Positions 29,319 through 39,338 of a DNA stretch of 64,000 nucleotides are shown here, in pieces (within the stretch, counting starts at the first letter, position 1; every line of letters begins with the position of its first letter). A model generated the notes under the pieces. It was not told where the DNA came from, did no database searches, and saw only the letters and a list, made by a program, of their open reading frames with translations. Where the stretch lies: assembly GCA_025060295.1 (NCBI GenBank), contig JANXCH010000011.1, positions 87,904-151,903 of the forward strand, written 5' to 3'. The position numbers and the translations under genes were made by a program. Origin of the DNA: Dehalococcoidia bacterium. GTDB lineage: Bacteria; Chloroflexota; Dehalococcoidia; Lucifugimonadales; HRBIN23.

Positions 29319-30251
29319 ATGCCCACCTACGACGTCATTATCATCGGCGGCGGGGCAGCCGGACTGTCCGCCGCCATCTACACCACCCGCGCCCAACTGA
29401 AAACCCTCGTCATCGAAAAACTCGGTTGCGGCGGCCAAATCCTCACCACCGACATCATCGAAAACTACCCCGGCTTCCCCGACGGCATCAAAGGCCCCCT
29501 CCTCGCCCGCGCCATGGAGGAGCAGGCCCGCAAGTTCGGCGCCGACATTCTCTATGATGTGGTGGAACGGGTGGACGTGCAGGGCCACCCCAAAACCGTG
29601 TACACCTCCAGTGGCCCCCTCACCGCCACAGCCCTCATCCTGGCCACCGGCGGCGAGCATAACAAACTGGGCGTCCCCGGCGAGGAGGAGTTCGCCGGGC
29701 GCGGCGTCTCCTACTGCGCCACCTGCGACGGCAACTTCTTCACCGACCAACCCGTCGTCGTGGTCGGAGGCGGAGATGCTGCCATTGAAGAGGGCCTCTA
29801 CCTCACCCGCATCGTCCAAAAAGTAACCGTCGTCCACCGACGTGACCACCTGCGCGCCAGCAAAATCCTCCAACAGCGCGCCTTCGCCAACCCCAAAATG
29901 GAGTTCAAGTGGAGCACTATCGTCCAGGAAATCCGCGGCAACACCTCCGTGGACCGAGTGCTCCTCAAAGACCTCAAAACAGGTCAGACCTACGAGTTCC
30001 CCACGAAAGGGGTGTTCATCTACATCGGCTTCCACCCCGCCACCGATTTCCTCAAGGGCAGCGGCATCCCCATGGACCCCGCCGGCCACGTCATCACCAC
30101 CATCCGCATGGAGACAGCCATCCCCGGCGTGTTCGCCTGTGGGGATGTGCGCCAGTTCTCCGACCGGCAACTAGGCACCGCCGTGGGGGACGGCATCACC
30201 GCCGCCCTCTCCGCCTATCGCTACATCACCGAACATCTCCCCCACACCTAA
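29319..30251 (+). CDS. trxB: thioredoxin-disulfide reductase
   Basis: Reads MPTYDVIIIGGGAAGLSAAIYT...YCATCDG (the redox CxxC)...VVGGGDAAIEE...GVFACGDV. The track ORF start (29031) runs through the tRNA and the 23S 3' end. Confidence 0.9.
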   Translation: MPTYDVIIIGGGAAGLSAAIYTTRAQLKTLVIEKLGCGGQILTTDIIENYPGFPDGIKGPLLARAMEEQARKFGADILYDVVERVDVQGHPKTVYTSSGPLTATALILATGGEHNKLGVPGEEEFAGRGVSYCATCDGNFFTDQPVVVVGGGDAAIEEGLYLTRIVQKVTVVHRRDHLRASKILQQRAFANPKMEFKWSTIVQEIRGNTSVDRVLLKDLKTGQTYEFPTKGVFIYIGFHPATDFLKGSGIPMDPAGHVITTIRMETAIPGVFACGDVRQFSDRQLGTAVGDGITAALSAYRYITEHLPHT

Positions 30252-30292
30252 ACCCACACGGGCCCCACGCCCAGAAAGGAGCAAAGCACAGC

Positions 30293-31321
30293 ATGACCAC
30301 CATCGGTTGGGGCATCATCGGCATCGGCCAGCACGCCGACCGCTTCATCGCCCCCGCCATCAGCAAGGCCAAAGGGGCCCGCCTGGTGGCAGTGCTCAGC
30401 CGCGACAAGGGACGCGCCCGCGCCTTCGCCGACAAGCACGGTGCCCCCGGGGCCTACGATTCCCTCCCCGATTTCCTGCGCCACCCCGGCTTGGATGCGG
30501 TGTTCATCGCCTCCCCCAACGCCCTGCATAAGGAGCAGACCATCGCCTGCGCCCAGGCGGGCAAACACGTCCTGGTGGAGAAGCCCATGGCCCTCTCAGT
30601 GCCCGACTGCTGGGCCATGATAGAGGAGTGCCAACGCCGAGGAGTCAAACTGGGTGTGGGCTTCCACGCACGCCAGCACCCCGCCCACCAGGAGGTGCGC
30701 CGCCTCGTCCAGAACGGCGTGCTCGGCGACCTGGTGCTCCTGCAGGGGCAATGGGCACGGGGCACGCGGGGCCAGAAAACCGTCCCCCCCGCCACAGGCC
30801 TGCGCGCCTGGTGGAGCGACCCCGACTTGGCCGGCGGCGGAGCCGTCATGGGCATGGGCGTCCACATTATGGACCTCCTGCGCTTCGTCAGCGGGCAGGA
30901 GATCATCCAAGTTACTGCCATGACCGACGGCCAGTCCGAGGCCAAACCGCTGGAGGACCTGGCCATCGCCCTCCTGGCCCTCTCGGGCGGAGCCTACGCC
31001 ACCCTCGTCTGCTCCCGCCGTATACCCGACTCCCTCAACAACCTGGTGGTGTACGGGGTCAACGGACGGGCAGTAAGCATCAACACCCTGGGCACCACCC
31101 TGACCGGCCGTTTAGAGGTGGAGACCCAGCAGGTGCAGACCACCATCGCCTATACCGCCGGGGATATGTATCAGGCCGAGGTGGAGGCCTTCCAGAAGGC
31201 TATCCTGGAGGGGGGCGATCCCCCCGCCACAGGGATGGACGGCCTACGGGTCTGCCAGATAACCGAGGCCCTCTTCCGCTCCCAGCGGGAGGGGAAGCGC
31301 ATCCCCGTCCCCCCCCTGTAA
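30293..31321 (+). CDS. Gfo/Idh/MocA-family oxidoreductase
   Basis: Reads MTTIGWGIIGIGQHADRFIAPAI...VLVEKPMAL. An AAAGGAG SD is present. The track N-terminus (29909) overlaps trxB in another frame. Confidence 0.8.
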   Translation: MTTIGWGIIGIGQHADRFIAPAISKAKGARLVAVLSRDKGRARAFADKHGAPGAYDSLPDFLRHPGLDAVFIASPNALHKEQTIACAQAGKHVLVEKPMALSVPDCWAMIEECQRRGVKLGVGFHARQHPAHQEVRRLVQNGVLGDLVLLQGQWARGTRGQKTVPPATGLRAWWSDPDLAGGGAVMGMGVHIMDLLRFVSGQEIIQVTAMTDGQSEAKPLEDLAIALLALSGGAYATLVCSRRIPDSLNNLVVYGVNGRAVSINTLGTTLTGRLEVETQQVQTTIAYTAGDMYQAEVEAFQKAILEGGDPPATGMDGLRVCQITEALFRSQREGKRIPVPPL

Positions 31322-31334
31322 CCCCCAGGGTGGA

Positions 31335-34300
31335 TTACCCCGCAGGCGTGGGGGGTGGCCCCTCCCGATACTCGGGCAGACGACGCACGGTATAGCGCCC
31401 CCCGTTGCTAATAAGGGCCTCCACCGCCGCCCGTGCCGTGTCCAGCCAGGTGAAGCAGGGGATACGCCTTTCGGCCGCCGCCCGCCGAATGTAAAAGCCA
31501 TCCCGCAGGGGGTCCCGCCCGCCGGAGAGGGTGTTCACCACCGCATCTACCAACCCCGCCTTGATCACATCCACCACACTGGGCTGGTCAGGGGTGCTGT
31601 GGGTCAGCTTGCTCACCGTCTTGACATGGCTGATGCCCACATCCCGCAGGAAGCGCGCCGTCCCCTCGGTGGCATAGAAACCCCACCCCTGCCGTGCCAA
31701 TGCCAGGGCGATCTCGGCCCCCTCGGGCTTGGTGCGGTCGGACAGGCTCAGCAGGATGTTCCCCTTAGGGGGCAGGTGCATCCCCGCCGCCATCAACGCC
31801 TTGGTCAGCGCCGCGTGGAAGTCGTGGTCAATCCCCATCACCTCGCCCGTGGACTTCATCTCCGGCCCCAGGTAGGTATCGGCCCCCGTCAGTTTGCTCA
31901 TACTGAACACCGGGGCCTTCACGGCCACCAGCTTCATCCGCCGATAGAGGCCCCCCTGCCACCCCTGCCGGCGCAGGCTGATGCCCAGCATGGCGTGGGT
32001 GGCCAGACGCACCATAGGCACCCCCGTTACCTTGCTGATGAAGGGGATGGTGCGGCTGGCGCGCGGGTTGGCTTCAATGACATACACAGTGGACTTGAAG
32101 GGCTCGCTCGGGGGCTGACGGGGCGTGCGGTAGGGCGGCCCCCCCATCACGATGAACTGCACATTCATCAGCCCCACCACCCCCAGTGCCCGCCCGATGC
32201 GCTGGGTGTAATCCACCAGCGTCTCCACCTCCTCGGGCGTCAAGGTTACCCCCGGATAGACGGTGATAGCATCCCCCGAATGGACGCCCGCCCGCTCAAT
32301 GTGCTCCATCATCCCAGGAATCAGCACCTCCTCCCCATCGCACACGGCATCTACTTCACACTCCTTCCCCTCCATATACTTGTCCACCAGCAGGGGCTTC
32401 CCGGGGGAGACCTCCAACGCCGAGCGGGCATACTGCTCCAGTTCCTCGGGGGTGTAGACGATCTCCATCGCCCGCCCCCCCAGCACATAACTGGGGCGCA
32501 CCAGCACGGGGTAGCCGATGTGCTCGGCCACCTCCAAGGCGTCCTGCACCGAGAGCACCGCCGCCCCCGGCGGTTGGGGAATCCCCAAACTGGACAGAAA
32601 CTCCTCCCACTTGCTCCGGTCGGACGCGATGTCAATGGCCTTGGCCGAGGAGCCCAGGATGGGCAGGCCCGCCCGGTCCACCCCCTGGGAGAGGTTGAGG
32701 GCCGTTTGCCCCCCGAACTGGACGACGGTGGGCGGGGGCCCCTCCTCGGCCGCCTCGTTCTCCAGCAGGTCGCGCACCGCCTCCTCGTCCAGGGCCTCAA
32801 AGTACAGGCGGTCGGAGGTGTCAAAGTCGGTGGAGACAGTTTCGGGGTTGGAGTTGGCCATCAGGGCCTTCCAGCCCGCCTTCTGCAGCGCCCACGCCGC
32901 GTGCACCGAGCAGTAGTCGAACTCTATCCCCTGCCCGATGCGGATGGGCCCCGAGCCGATGACCAAGGCCTTGCGCCCCGGGAGGGGGGGGGCCTCGTTC
33001 TCCTGCTCATAGGTGGAGTAGAAGTAGGGGGTAACCGCCTCAAACTCGGCGGCGCAGGTGTCCACCATCTTGTAAACAGGGCGGATGCCCCACTGCTGGC
33101 GCAAGGCGCGCACCCGCTCCGGCAGGCCCTGGGCATGGCCCAGGGCGGCGATGGTGGCATCCGAGAAGCCCATGCGCTTGGCCTCCCGCAGGAGGGCAGG
33201 GGTCAACTCCTCCTTCAGGAGGCGCTGTTCCATCTGCATGATGCGCCCAATGGCACGGGTGAACCAGGGGTCTATGAGAGAGGTGCGGGAGACCTCTTCG
33301 GGAGTGGCCCCACGGCGAATGGCAGCGGCGATGGCCCACAGGCGCAAATCGTGGGGTGGGAAGAGGGGAATATCCCGCCAGTCCTTGCGCTCCCGCCACG
33401 CCGGCGCCTCCCACAGTAGGTTCTTGGCCTGGTGCTCCAGCCCCCGCACGGCCTTCTGCAGGGCCGCCTCAAAGGTGCGGTCTATGGCCATCACCTCCCC
33501 CGTGGACTTCATCTGGGTGGTGAGGGTGCGGTCGGCATAGGGGAACTTGTCAAAGGGCCAGCGGGGGATTTTCACCACACAGTAGTCCAAGGCCGGCTCA
33601 AAACACGCCAGGGTCTTGCGGGTAACGGCGTTGGGAATCTCGTCCAATCGCTTGCCGATGGCTATCTTGGCGGCCACACGGGCGATGGGGTAGCCTGTGG
33701 CCTTGGAGGCCAGGGCGCTGGAACGGCTGACGCGGGGGTTGACCTCAATCACATAGTAGTCCAGGGGGCTTTTGGGACGGGCCGCTTCGGGCAGGGCCTC
33801 GGCCACGATGGGATGGGGGGCCAGGGCGAACTGGATGTTGCATCCCCCCTCTATCCCCAGGGCGCGGATGATGCGGAGCGCCGCCGAGCGGAGCATCTGG
33901 TGCTCCTTATCGGACAGGGTCTGGGACGGAGCCACCACAATGGACTCCCCCGTGTGGACGCCCATGGGGTCCATGTTCTCCATGTTGCACACGGTGATGC
34001 AGTTGTTGGCCCCGTCCCGCATCACCTCGTACTCCAGTTCCTTCCAGCCCTCCACGGAGCGCTCCAGGAGCACCTGGTGCACGGGGCTGGCGTGCAGGCC
34101 CCGCTGCACGATTTCCTCCAACTCCTCCCACCGGCGCACCATACCCCCGCCCGTGCCCCCCAGGGTATAGGCGGGGCGCACCACCAACGGCAGGCCCACC
34201 TCCTCGGCAAAGCGGCGCGCCTCGGCCACAGAGGTAACGGTGGTATTGGGGGGCTGGGGCTCGCCAATCTCCTGCAAAAGTTGGCGGAACAGCTCCCGGT

Positions 34301-34679
34301 CCTCGGCGCGCTTGATGGCCATGAGGGGCGTGCCCAGCAGGCGCACCCCATACTTGTCCAAAATGCCCTTTTCGGCCAGTTCCACCGCCATGTTGAGGCC
34401 CGTCTGCCCCCCCAGAGTAGGCAACAGGCCATCGGGGCGCTCCCGGGCGATGATCCGCTCCAACACCTCAACCGTGAGCGGTTCAATGTACACGATGTCG
34501 GCGATGTCCTCGTCCGTCATGATGGTGGCGGGGTTGGGGTTGACCAGGACGGTGATCACCCCCTCCTCCCGCAGGGAGCGGCACGCCTGGGCGCCGGCGT
34601 AATCAAACTCGGCCGCCTGGGCGATGACAATAGGACCAGAGCCGATGACCAGCACTTTAGAGGGTTTGAAAGCCATCAC
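31335..34679 (-). CDS. carB: carbamoyl-phosphate synthase large subunit
   Basis: 1114 aa. The sequence opens [32 protein letters not shown] and has duplicated ATP-grasp halves plus an MGS-like C-terminus. Confidence 0.97.
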   Translation of the reverse strand: MMAFKPSKVLVIGSGPIVIAQAAEFDYAGAQACRSLREEGVITVLVNPNPATIMTDEDIADIVYIEPLTVEVLERIIARERPDGLLPTLGGQTGLNMAVELAEKGILDKYGVRLLGTPLMAIKRAEDRELFRQLLQEIGEPQPPNTTVTSVAEARRFAEEVGLPLVVRPAYTLGGTGGGMVRRWEELEEIVQRGLHASPVHQVLLERSVEGWKELEYEVMRDGANNCITVCNMENMDPMGVHTGESIVVAPSQTLSDKEHQMLRSAALRIIRALGIEGGCNIQFALAPHPIVAEALPEAARPKSPLDYYVIEVNPRVSRSSALASKATGYPIARVAAKIAIGKRLDEIPNAVTRKTLACFEPALDYCVVKIPRWPFDKFPYADRTLTTQMKSTGEVMAIDRTFEAALQKAVRGLEHQAKNLLWEAPAWRERKDWRDIPLFPPHDLRLWAIAAAIRRGATPEEVSRTSLIDPWFTRAIGRIMQMEQRLLKEELTPALLREAKRMGFSDATIAALGHAQGLPERVRALRQQWGIRPVYKMVDTCAAEFEAVTPYFYSTYEQENEAPPLPGRKALVIGSGPIRIGQGIEFDYCSVHAAWALQKAGWKALMANSNPETVSTDFDTSDRLYFEALDEEAVRDLLENEAAEEGPPPTVVQFGGQTALNLSQGVDRAGLPILGSSAKAIDIASDRSKWEEFLSSLGIPQPPGAAVLSVQDALEVAEHIGYPVLVRPSYVLGGRAMEIVYTPEELEQYARSALEVSPGKPLLVDKYMEGKECEVDAVCDGEEVLIPGMMEHIERAGVHSGDAITVYPGVTLTPEEVETLVDYTQRIGRALGVVGLMNVQFIVMGGPPYRTPRQPPSEPFKSTVYVIEANPRASRTIPFISKVTGVPMVRLATHAMLGISLRRQGWQGGLYRRMKLVAVKAPVFSMSKLTGADTYLGPEMKSTGEVMGIDHDFHAALTKALMAAGMHLPPKGNILLSLSDRTKPEGAEIALALARQGWGFYATEGTARFLRDVGISHVKTVSKLTHSTPDQPSVVDVIKAGLVDAVVNTLSGGRDPLRDGFYIRRAAAERRIPCFTWLDTARAAVEALISNGGRYTVRRLPEYREGPPPTPAG

Positions 34680-35011
34680 AACTCCTTTCCTGTGCGCAGG
34701 ACTTCCTCAGCGAAGGGGTTCCCTTCCCGAAGCATCTGCTCCCACTCCTGGGGGGGGTAGACCAGCGGCTCTATGGGCAGGTCGCCCGCCAGGCGCAGGA
34801 TGGCATCGGCACGGTAGGGGAAACGCTCCCCAAAGTCGCCGATGATGACCAGATCTATATCGCTTCCCTCGTGCACCTCCCCACGGGCGAAGGAGCCGAA
34901 CAGGATGACCTTCTGCACGGGGTAGGTAGCCTTGAGGAGGCGCACAAAGGCCTCCAGGCGCTGGGCGTACTCCTCCAAGCGATCTAGGTCTATGCGCACG
35001 ACCTTGCTCAT
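34676..35011 (-). CDS. nucleotidyltransferase-domain protein (MNT antitoxin-type partner of HEPN)
   Basis: Reads [17 protein letters not shown]...[23 protein letters not shown] (the GSxxRGxxxxxSDxD motif). Its ATG overlaps the HEPN stop as ATGA, and its stop overlaps the carB start by 4 nt. Confidence 0.8.
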   Translation of the reverse strand: MSKVVRIDLDRLEEYAQRLEAFVRLLKATYPVQKVILFGSFARGEVHEGSDIDLVIIGDFGERFPYRADAILRLAGDLPIEPLVYPPQEWEQMLREGNPFAEEVLRTGKEL

Positions 35012-35469
35012 GCCCCCTCCTGGGGGAGTTTGCTCTGCACGAAGGTGAGAATGGCAAAGGCGGCGGTGAGGCATCGCTGGGCATCCTGGGCCGTAAAGAA
35101 GTCGGCGGGAGCCTGGTGCCCGCCCAGGGCGTTGGGATAGCGTGTCGTTATGTAGAACAGAGCCAACAGATGGGCCTGCTCCGCTACCTGGGCGAAAGTG
35201 GGGTCTATCCTCTGGCACTCCCGCACCAGGTCATCCAAGGCTTGGGTCAAGATAGAGGTGCGCCCGTGCTGATAGAGGAAGGCTTTAAGGGCCTTTTCGG
35301 CGCACTGCTGGGCCTGGAAGCAGGCCCACTCGTAGCGCCCTGCCCCTGCACTCGCTTGAGCGCCCTCCCAGTCGGCTTGGCTTTGGCGCAGCCACGCTTT
35401 TGCGACGGGGCGCACCGCCTTTTCCCCCTCCATCTGTGCTATCGTGGGACCCGGCATGGAGAAGGACAC
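35008..35469 (-). CDS. HEPN-domain protein (toxin-type partner of MNT); start uncertain (35469, 35457 or 35433)
   Basis: Reads ...AKAWLRQSQADWEGAQASAGAGRYEWACFQAQQCAEKALKAFLYQHG...FYITTRYPN. Confidence 0.75.
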   Translation of the reverse strand: MSFSMPGPTIAQMEGEKAVRPVAKAWLRQSQADWEGAQASAGAGRYEWACFQAQQCAEKALKAFLYQHGRTSILTQALDDLVRECQRIDPTFAQVAEQAHLLALFYITTRYPNALGGHQAPADFFTAQDAQRCLTAAFAILTFVQSKLPQEGA

Positions 35470-35813
35470 ACGCTACTGGTATGACCAGGTGGAGTACGAT
35501 GGGGAGACGGCACAGGCCATGTTCCGTAGCCGTCGGTATCGGTCTGTGGTGTTTTTCTGCCACCGGGCGTTGGAGCAGAGGGTGAAGGGGCTGGGGGCCC
35601 AGGCGACGGGCACCACCCCTCCCCGCACCCACGACTTGGGACGGCTGGCGGCACTGGCCAACGGACACCTCCTGTGGCGTACGGGGCCTTCCTGGACGAA
35701 CCGACGCACCTGACCCTAGAGGGCCGATACCCAACCCTGGGCCTGCCCTTGACGCGAAGCAAGGCCCAGGCCACAGCAAGTGCACGGGCGTGGTGGTCGT
35801 CCAGCGGGGCTAG
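35456..35813 (+). pseudogene. frameshifted orphan HEPN-domain gene
   Basis: MEKDTRYWYDQVEYDGETAQAMFRSRRYRSVVFFCHRALEQRVKGL...PPRTHDLGRLAALA continues in another frame as ...FLDEPTHLTLEGRYPTLGLPLTRSKAQA. The shift is near 35665-35675. A second shift is needed to reach a sensible end (...VVVVQRG* at 35811..35813). No MNT partner lies on this strand. Confidence 0.6.
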
Positions 35814-35832
35814 GCGAGGGCGCATAGGAGCC

Positions 35833-36222
35833 TCACCTCCCTTGGGGCTCATACAGACGCACCCCTGGGATGCGCTGGAAGTGAGCATCCAGGGTGTAGA
35901 CGGGGCAATCGTGCTCAATAGCTAGGGCGGCGATGAGGAGGTCAGTGAGCCCCACTTTTTGGCCCCGTTGGCGTAACTGATAGGAGAGCTCAGCAACACG
36001 AAGCCAAGTCCCGTGGGTCTCCGTAGCGTAAGGGAGGGCGATCAAACGGCTCTGTAAGGGTGCGAACTCCTGGGGAGTCCGTGCCCCCTGAAGCAGTTCT
36101 GCCAACACCGGCCCTACCATCAGAACCTGCCTTTGAGCCAAGAGATAATCCACAGCGCGGTGCTCTGGCGACCCAAGGGCGCGCAGGAACTGCACCCATA
36201 CGGAGGTATCTACGATGACCAT
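35833..36222 (-). CDS. vapC: PIN-domain ribonuclease toxin VapC
   Basis: Reads MVIVDTSVWVQFLR...GPVLAELLQG...GLTDLLIAALAIEHDCPVYTLDAHF. Confidence 0.9.
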   Translation of the reverse strand: MVIVDTSVWVQFLRALGSPEHRAVDYLLAQRQVLMVGPVLAELLQGARTPQEFAPLQSRLIALPYATETHGTWLRVAELSYQLRQRGQKVGLTDLLIAALAIEHDCPVYTLDAHFQRIPGVRLYEPQGR

Positions 36223-36227
36223 AGCCC

Positions 36228-36434
36228 TTACCGGGGTGCATCCATATGGCGCAGGTCGTACCAGTCGTCGCCCAGGTCTATGGTGCCCGCCATCGCCCGC
36301 AACTCCTCTATACGCTTCCAGCGGATGTATTCCTCCAGGGCCTTAGCGAGAGCCTTGCTTTTCCGCTTCTCCCCCGTGACCCGCAGCACCTCCTCCACCA
36401 GTTTGGCGTCTATGCTGACGGTTGTTCGCACCAC
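36228..36434 (-). CDS. vapB: type II antitoxin VapB (DUF2191-like)
   Basis: Reads (M)VRTTVSIDAKLVEEVLRVTGEKRKSKALAKALEEYIRWKR. Uses a GTG start with a GGAGGTG SD. The small palindrome GGCACGTTTGTGCC lies between the carA stop and this SD. Confidence 0.8.
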   Translation of the reverse strand: MVRTTVSIDAKLVEEVLRVTGEKRKSKALAKALEEYIRWKRIEELRAMAGTIDLGDDWYDLRHMDAPR

Positions 36435-36458
36435 GCACCTCCAGGCACAAACGTGCCA

Positions 36459-37550
36459 TTACTCTCCCGCTTTCCCTCGCACCATCTCCATAAACTGGTC
36501 AAACAGGTACTCGTTGTCCCGCGGCCCTGGGGACGCCTCCGAGTGATACTGAATGGTCAGCAGAGGCAGGGAGCGGTGGCGCATCCCCTCCACCGTCCCG
36601 TCGTTCAGATTGATGTGGCTCACCTCCAGGTCGGGCGGGAGGGAGTCCGCATCCACCGCATACCCGTGGTTCTGGGCGGTGATGTACACCCGCCCTGTGC
36701 GCATGTCGCGGACGGGGTGATTGCCCCCCCGATGGCCGAACTTCAGTTTGAAGGTGCGCCCCCCGAAGGCGCGGGCGAGCACCTGATGCCCCAGGCAGAT
36801 GCCCAGAAGGGGCACCCGCCCCACCAGCCCCCGCGCCGTCTGCACCACCCCGTCCAGCAGGGCGGGGTCGCCCGGCCCGGGGGAGAACACCACCCCATCC
36901 GGGCGCAGGGCCAACACCTGCTCTGCCGTAAAGGTAGAAGGCACCACCGTTACCCGACACCCCCGACGGTTCAACAGGCGCATGATGTTGTACTTCAACC
37001 CGCAGTCGAAGGCCACGATATGCCACCGCTCGGCGGTGGTGGCGGGCCAGGTGTACAGGCTCCCTGTGGTAACCTTCTGCACAAAGTCCACATTGCCATA
37101 AGGGGGCACATCCCGCAGGCGGGCCAGGGCGCTTTCGGGGCCTTCGTCGCACGCCAGAATTCCCATCATTACCCCCCGCGTGCGCAGGCGATGGGTCAAC
37201 GCCCGCGTATCCACCTCCGTCAGCCCCGGCACCCCGTAGGCCTTCAGGAAGGCGTCCAGGGTCATCTCCGCTCGCGGATGGCTGGGCTGGGGACACCACT
37301 GGCGCACCACCATCCCCGCCACCTGAATCCGCCGCGACTCAAAGTCCTCCCGATTGATGCCGTAGTTCCCCTGCATGGGGTATGTGGGCACCAAAATCTG
37401 CCCCGCATAAGAGGGGTCGGTCAGCATCTCCTGATAGCCCGTCATGGAGGTGTTGAACACCACCTCCCCATAGGCCGACTCCTCCGCCCCAAACACCTCC
37501 CCCTCAAACACCGAGCCGTCTTCCAGCACCAGGTAGCCTCGCTTGCCCAT
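36459..37550 (-). CDS. carA: carbamoyl-phosphate synthase small (glutaminase) subunit
   Basis: Reads MGKRGYLVLEDGSVFEGEVFGAE...GEVVFNTSMTGYQE...GICLGHQ...QYHSEASPGP. Confidence 0.95.
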   Translation of the reverse strand: MGKRGYLVLEDGSVFEGEVFGAEESAYGEVVFNTSMTGYQEMLTDPSYAGQILVPTYPMQGNYGINREDFESRRIQVAGMVVRQWCPQPSHPRAEMTLDAFLKAYGVPGLTEVDTRALTHRLRTRGVMMGILACDEGPESALARLRDVPPYGNVDFVQKVTTGSLYTWPATTAERWHIVAFDCGLKYNIMRLLNRRGCRVTVVPSTFTAEQVLALRPDGVVFSPGPGDPALLDGVVQTARGLVGRVPLLGICLGHQVLARAFGGRTFKLKFGHRGGNHPVRDMRTGRVYITAQNHGYAVDADSLPPDLEVSHINLNDGTVEGMRHRSLPLLTIQYHSEASPGPRDNEYLFDQFMEMVRGKAGE

Positions 37551-37551
37551 G

Positions 37552-37977
37552 TTATGTCTCCTTTGTCGCCAGGGGGCGGCGCACCAGCCACAGGCTCACC
37601 GCCACCCGCCACAGCATCAGCAGGAGGGCATTGCCCCCCAGGAAGATGACCACCACCGGCACCACCAGGGGCCGGTGGAGCCACTCGCTCCGAAGCCACA
37701 GCCCCACCAGGCCCGCCACGAGCCACGGCCCCACAACCCGCCACCACGCCACCCGCGGGTGGCTGACGGCCGAGGGGTGAAAGGCCCCCAACACACCCCC
37801 CACTATCAGCCACGCCACCGCCAACGGCACCGCATTGCGCAGGATACCCTGCAGGGTTACAGCCGTCTGGTGGCTCATCAGTCCCAACACCGCAAACACC
37901 CCAAACGACAGCAGGTCGCCCGCCAGCACCAGAGCCATCAAACCCCACGCACGCCGGGGTGGCACCAGGGCCCTCAT
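37552..37977 (-). CDS. DUF3054-like small membrane protein embedded in the pyr operon
   Basis: Reads MRALVPPRRAWGLMALVLAGDLLSFGVFAVLGLMSH..., with four hydrophobic segments. The ATG overlaps the pyrC stop as ATGA. The track ORF (to 38127) is over-extended. Confidence 0.65.
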   Translation of the reverse strand: MRALVPPRRAWGLMALVLAGDLLSFGVFAVLGLMSHQTAVTLQGILRNAVPLAVAWLIVGGVLGAFHPSAVSHPRVAWWRVVGPWLVAGLVGLWLRSEWLHRPLVVPVVVIFLGGNALLLMLWRVAVSLWLVRRPLATKET

Positions 37978-39338
37978 AGGCTCCCCCCTCCTGCGGGCGC
38001 GGCTGTGCGGGCGTCGTAGACCACCCTGCCCCCCACCACCGTGCCCACCACCCGCCCTTGGAGTGTTACCCCCGCCAGGGGTGTGTTCTTGCCCTTGGAG
38101 GCGAAGCGGTCGGGATCCACCGTCCACCGCTCCGCTAGGTTCAGGAGCACCAGGTCACCCCACGCCCCGGGGCGCAGGCTTCCCAGCCCTTTCCCCCGCT
38201 CCCCCAGCACCCGTGCCGGCCCGATGGTCAGGGCCTCCACCAGGCGTCGGAAGGGCAAGCCCCCCTGCACCACCAACGCGGTGTAGCACAGGGCGAAGGC
38301 CGTCTCCAACCCGCTGATGCCGAAGGCCGCCTCGGCGAAGGTGCCCATCTTATCCACCGCTGTATGGGGGGCGTGGTCGGTGGCGATGGCGTCAATCACC
38401 CCCTCCCGCAAAGCCTGCTGGAGGGCGTCCCGATGCTCCGCACTGCGCAGGGGCGGGTTCACCTTACAAGCCGTGTCATACGCCCGCGCCGAGAGGGGGG
38501 CAAAGGGCGACCCCTCCCCGTGCTCCCCCAAGAGCCACGCATCCGTCAAACACAAGTGGTGGGGTGTCGCCTCGGCCGTCACGGGCAGGCCCCGCTCCTT
38601 GGCCCGGCGCACCACCTCCACCGTGCCCGCCGTGGAGATGTGGGCCAAGTGCAGACGCCCCCCTGTCAGGGCGCACAGGGCGATATCCCGACTGGCCATG
38701 CTCTCCTCCGCCTGGGGAGGCACCCCCGGCAGGCCCAGCCGACTGGCCACCCACCCCTCGTGGGCCACACCCCGCGCCAGGGCTGGCTCCTCCAGGTGGT
38801 TGATAATCGGAAGGCCGATGAGGGTGCTGTAGTGCAAGGCCGTGCGCATCAGGAAGGCGTTGGCCACAGGTGCCCCGTCGTCGGAGAAGCCCACCACCCC
38901 CGCCTGGGCCAAATCGGCCAGTTCGGCCAGTTCCCGCCCCTGTCGCCCCTTGCTGATGCACCCCAGGGGCAGAACGCGCGCCAGCCCCACCGCCTCCCCC
39001 CGCCGACGCACCGCCTCCACCAGGGCGGGGGTGTCAATGGGGGGTTGGGTATTGGGCATAGCGCACACGGTGGTGAAGCCCCCTTTGACCGCCGCCAGGG
39101 CGCCGGTGGCGATGGTCTCCTTCTCCTCCTCCCCGGGTTCCCGCAGGTGGGTGTGGAGGTCCACAAAGCCGGGGCAGACCACCAGCCCTGTGGCGTCCAG
39201 CACCAACGCCTCATCGGGCGGGGCCAGGGATGGGCCCACCGCCTCCACACGCCCCTCCCGAATCAACACATGGGCGGTGGCGTCCACCCCCTGGGAGGGG
39301 TCCACCACCCGCCCGCCCCGCACCAGCAGGGGCCTCAT
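37974..39338 (-). CDS. pyrC: dihydroorotase
   Basis: Reads MRPLLVRGGRVVDP...GFVDLHTHLREPG...ATDHAPH. ATG 39338 overlaps the pyrB stop as ATGA. The track start at 39362 is possible but less likely. Confidence 0.9.
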   Translation of the reverse strand: MRPLLVRGGRVVDPSQGVDATAHVLIREGRVEAVGPSLAPPDEALVLDATGLVVCPGFVDLHTHLREPGEEEKETIATGALAAVKGGFTTVCAMPNTQPPIDTPALVEAVRRRGEAVGLARVLPLGCISKGRQGRELAELADLAQAGVVGFSDDGAPVANAFLMRTALHYSTLIGLPIINHLEEPALARGVAHEGWVASRLGLPGVPPQAEESMASRDIALCALTGGRLHLAHISTAGTVEVVRRAKERGLPVTAEATPHHLCLTDAWLLGEHGEGSPFAPLSARAYDTACKVNPPLRSAEHRDALQQALREGVIDAIATDHAPHTAVDKMGTFAEAAFGISGLETAFALCYTALVVQGGLPFRRLVEALTIGPARVLGERGKGLGSLRPGAWGDLVLLNLAERWTVDPDRFASKGKNTPLAGVTLQGRVVGTVVGGRVVYDARTAAPAGGGSL

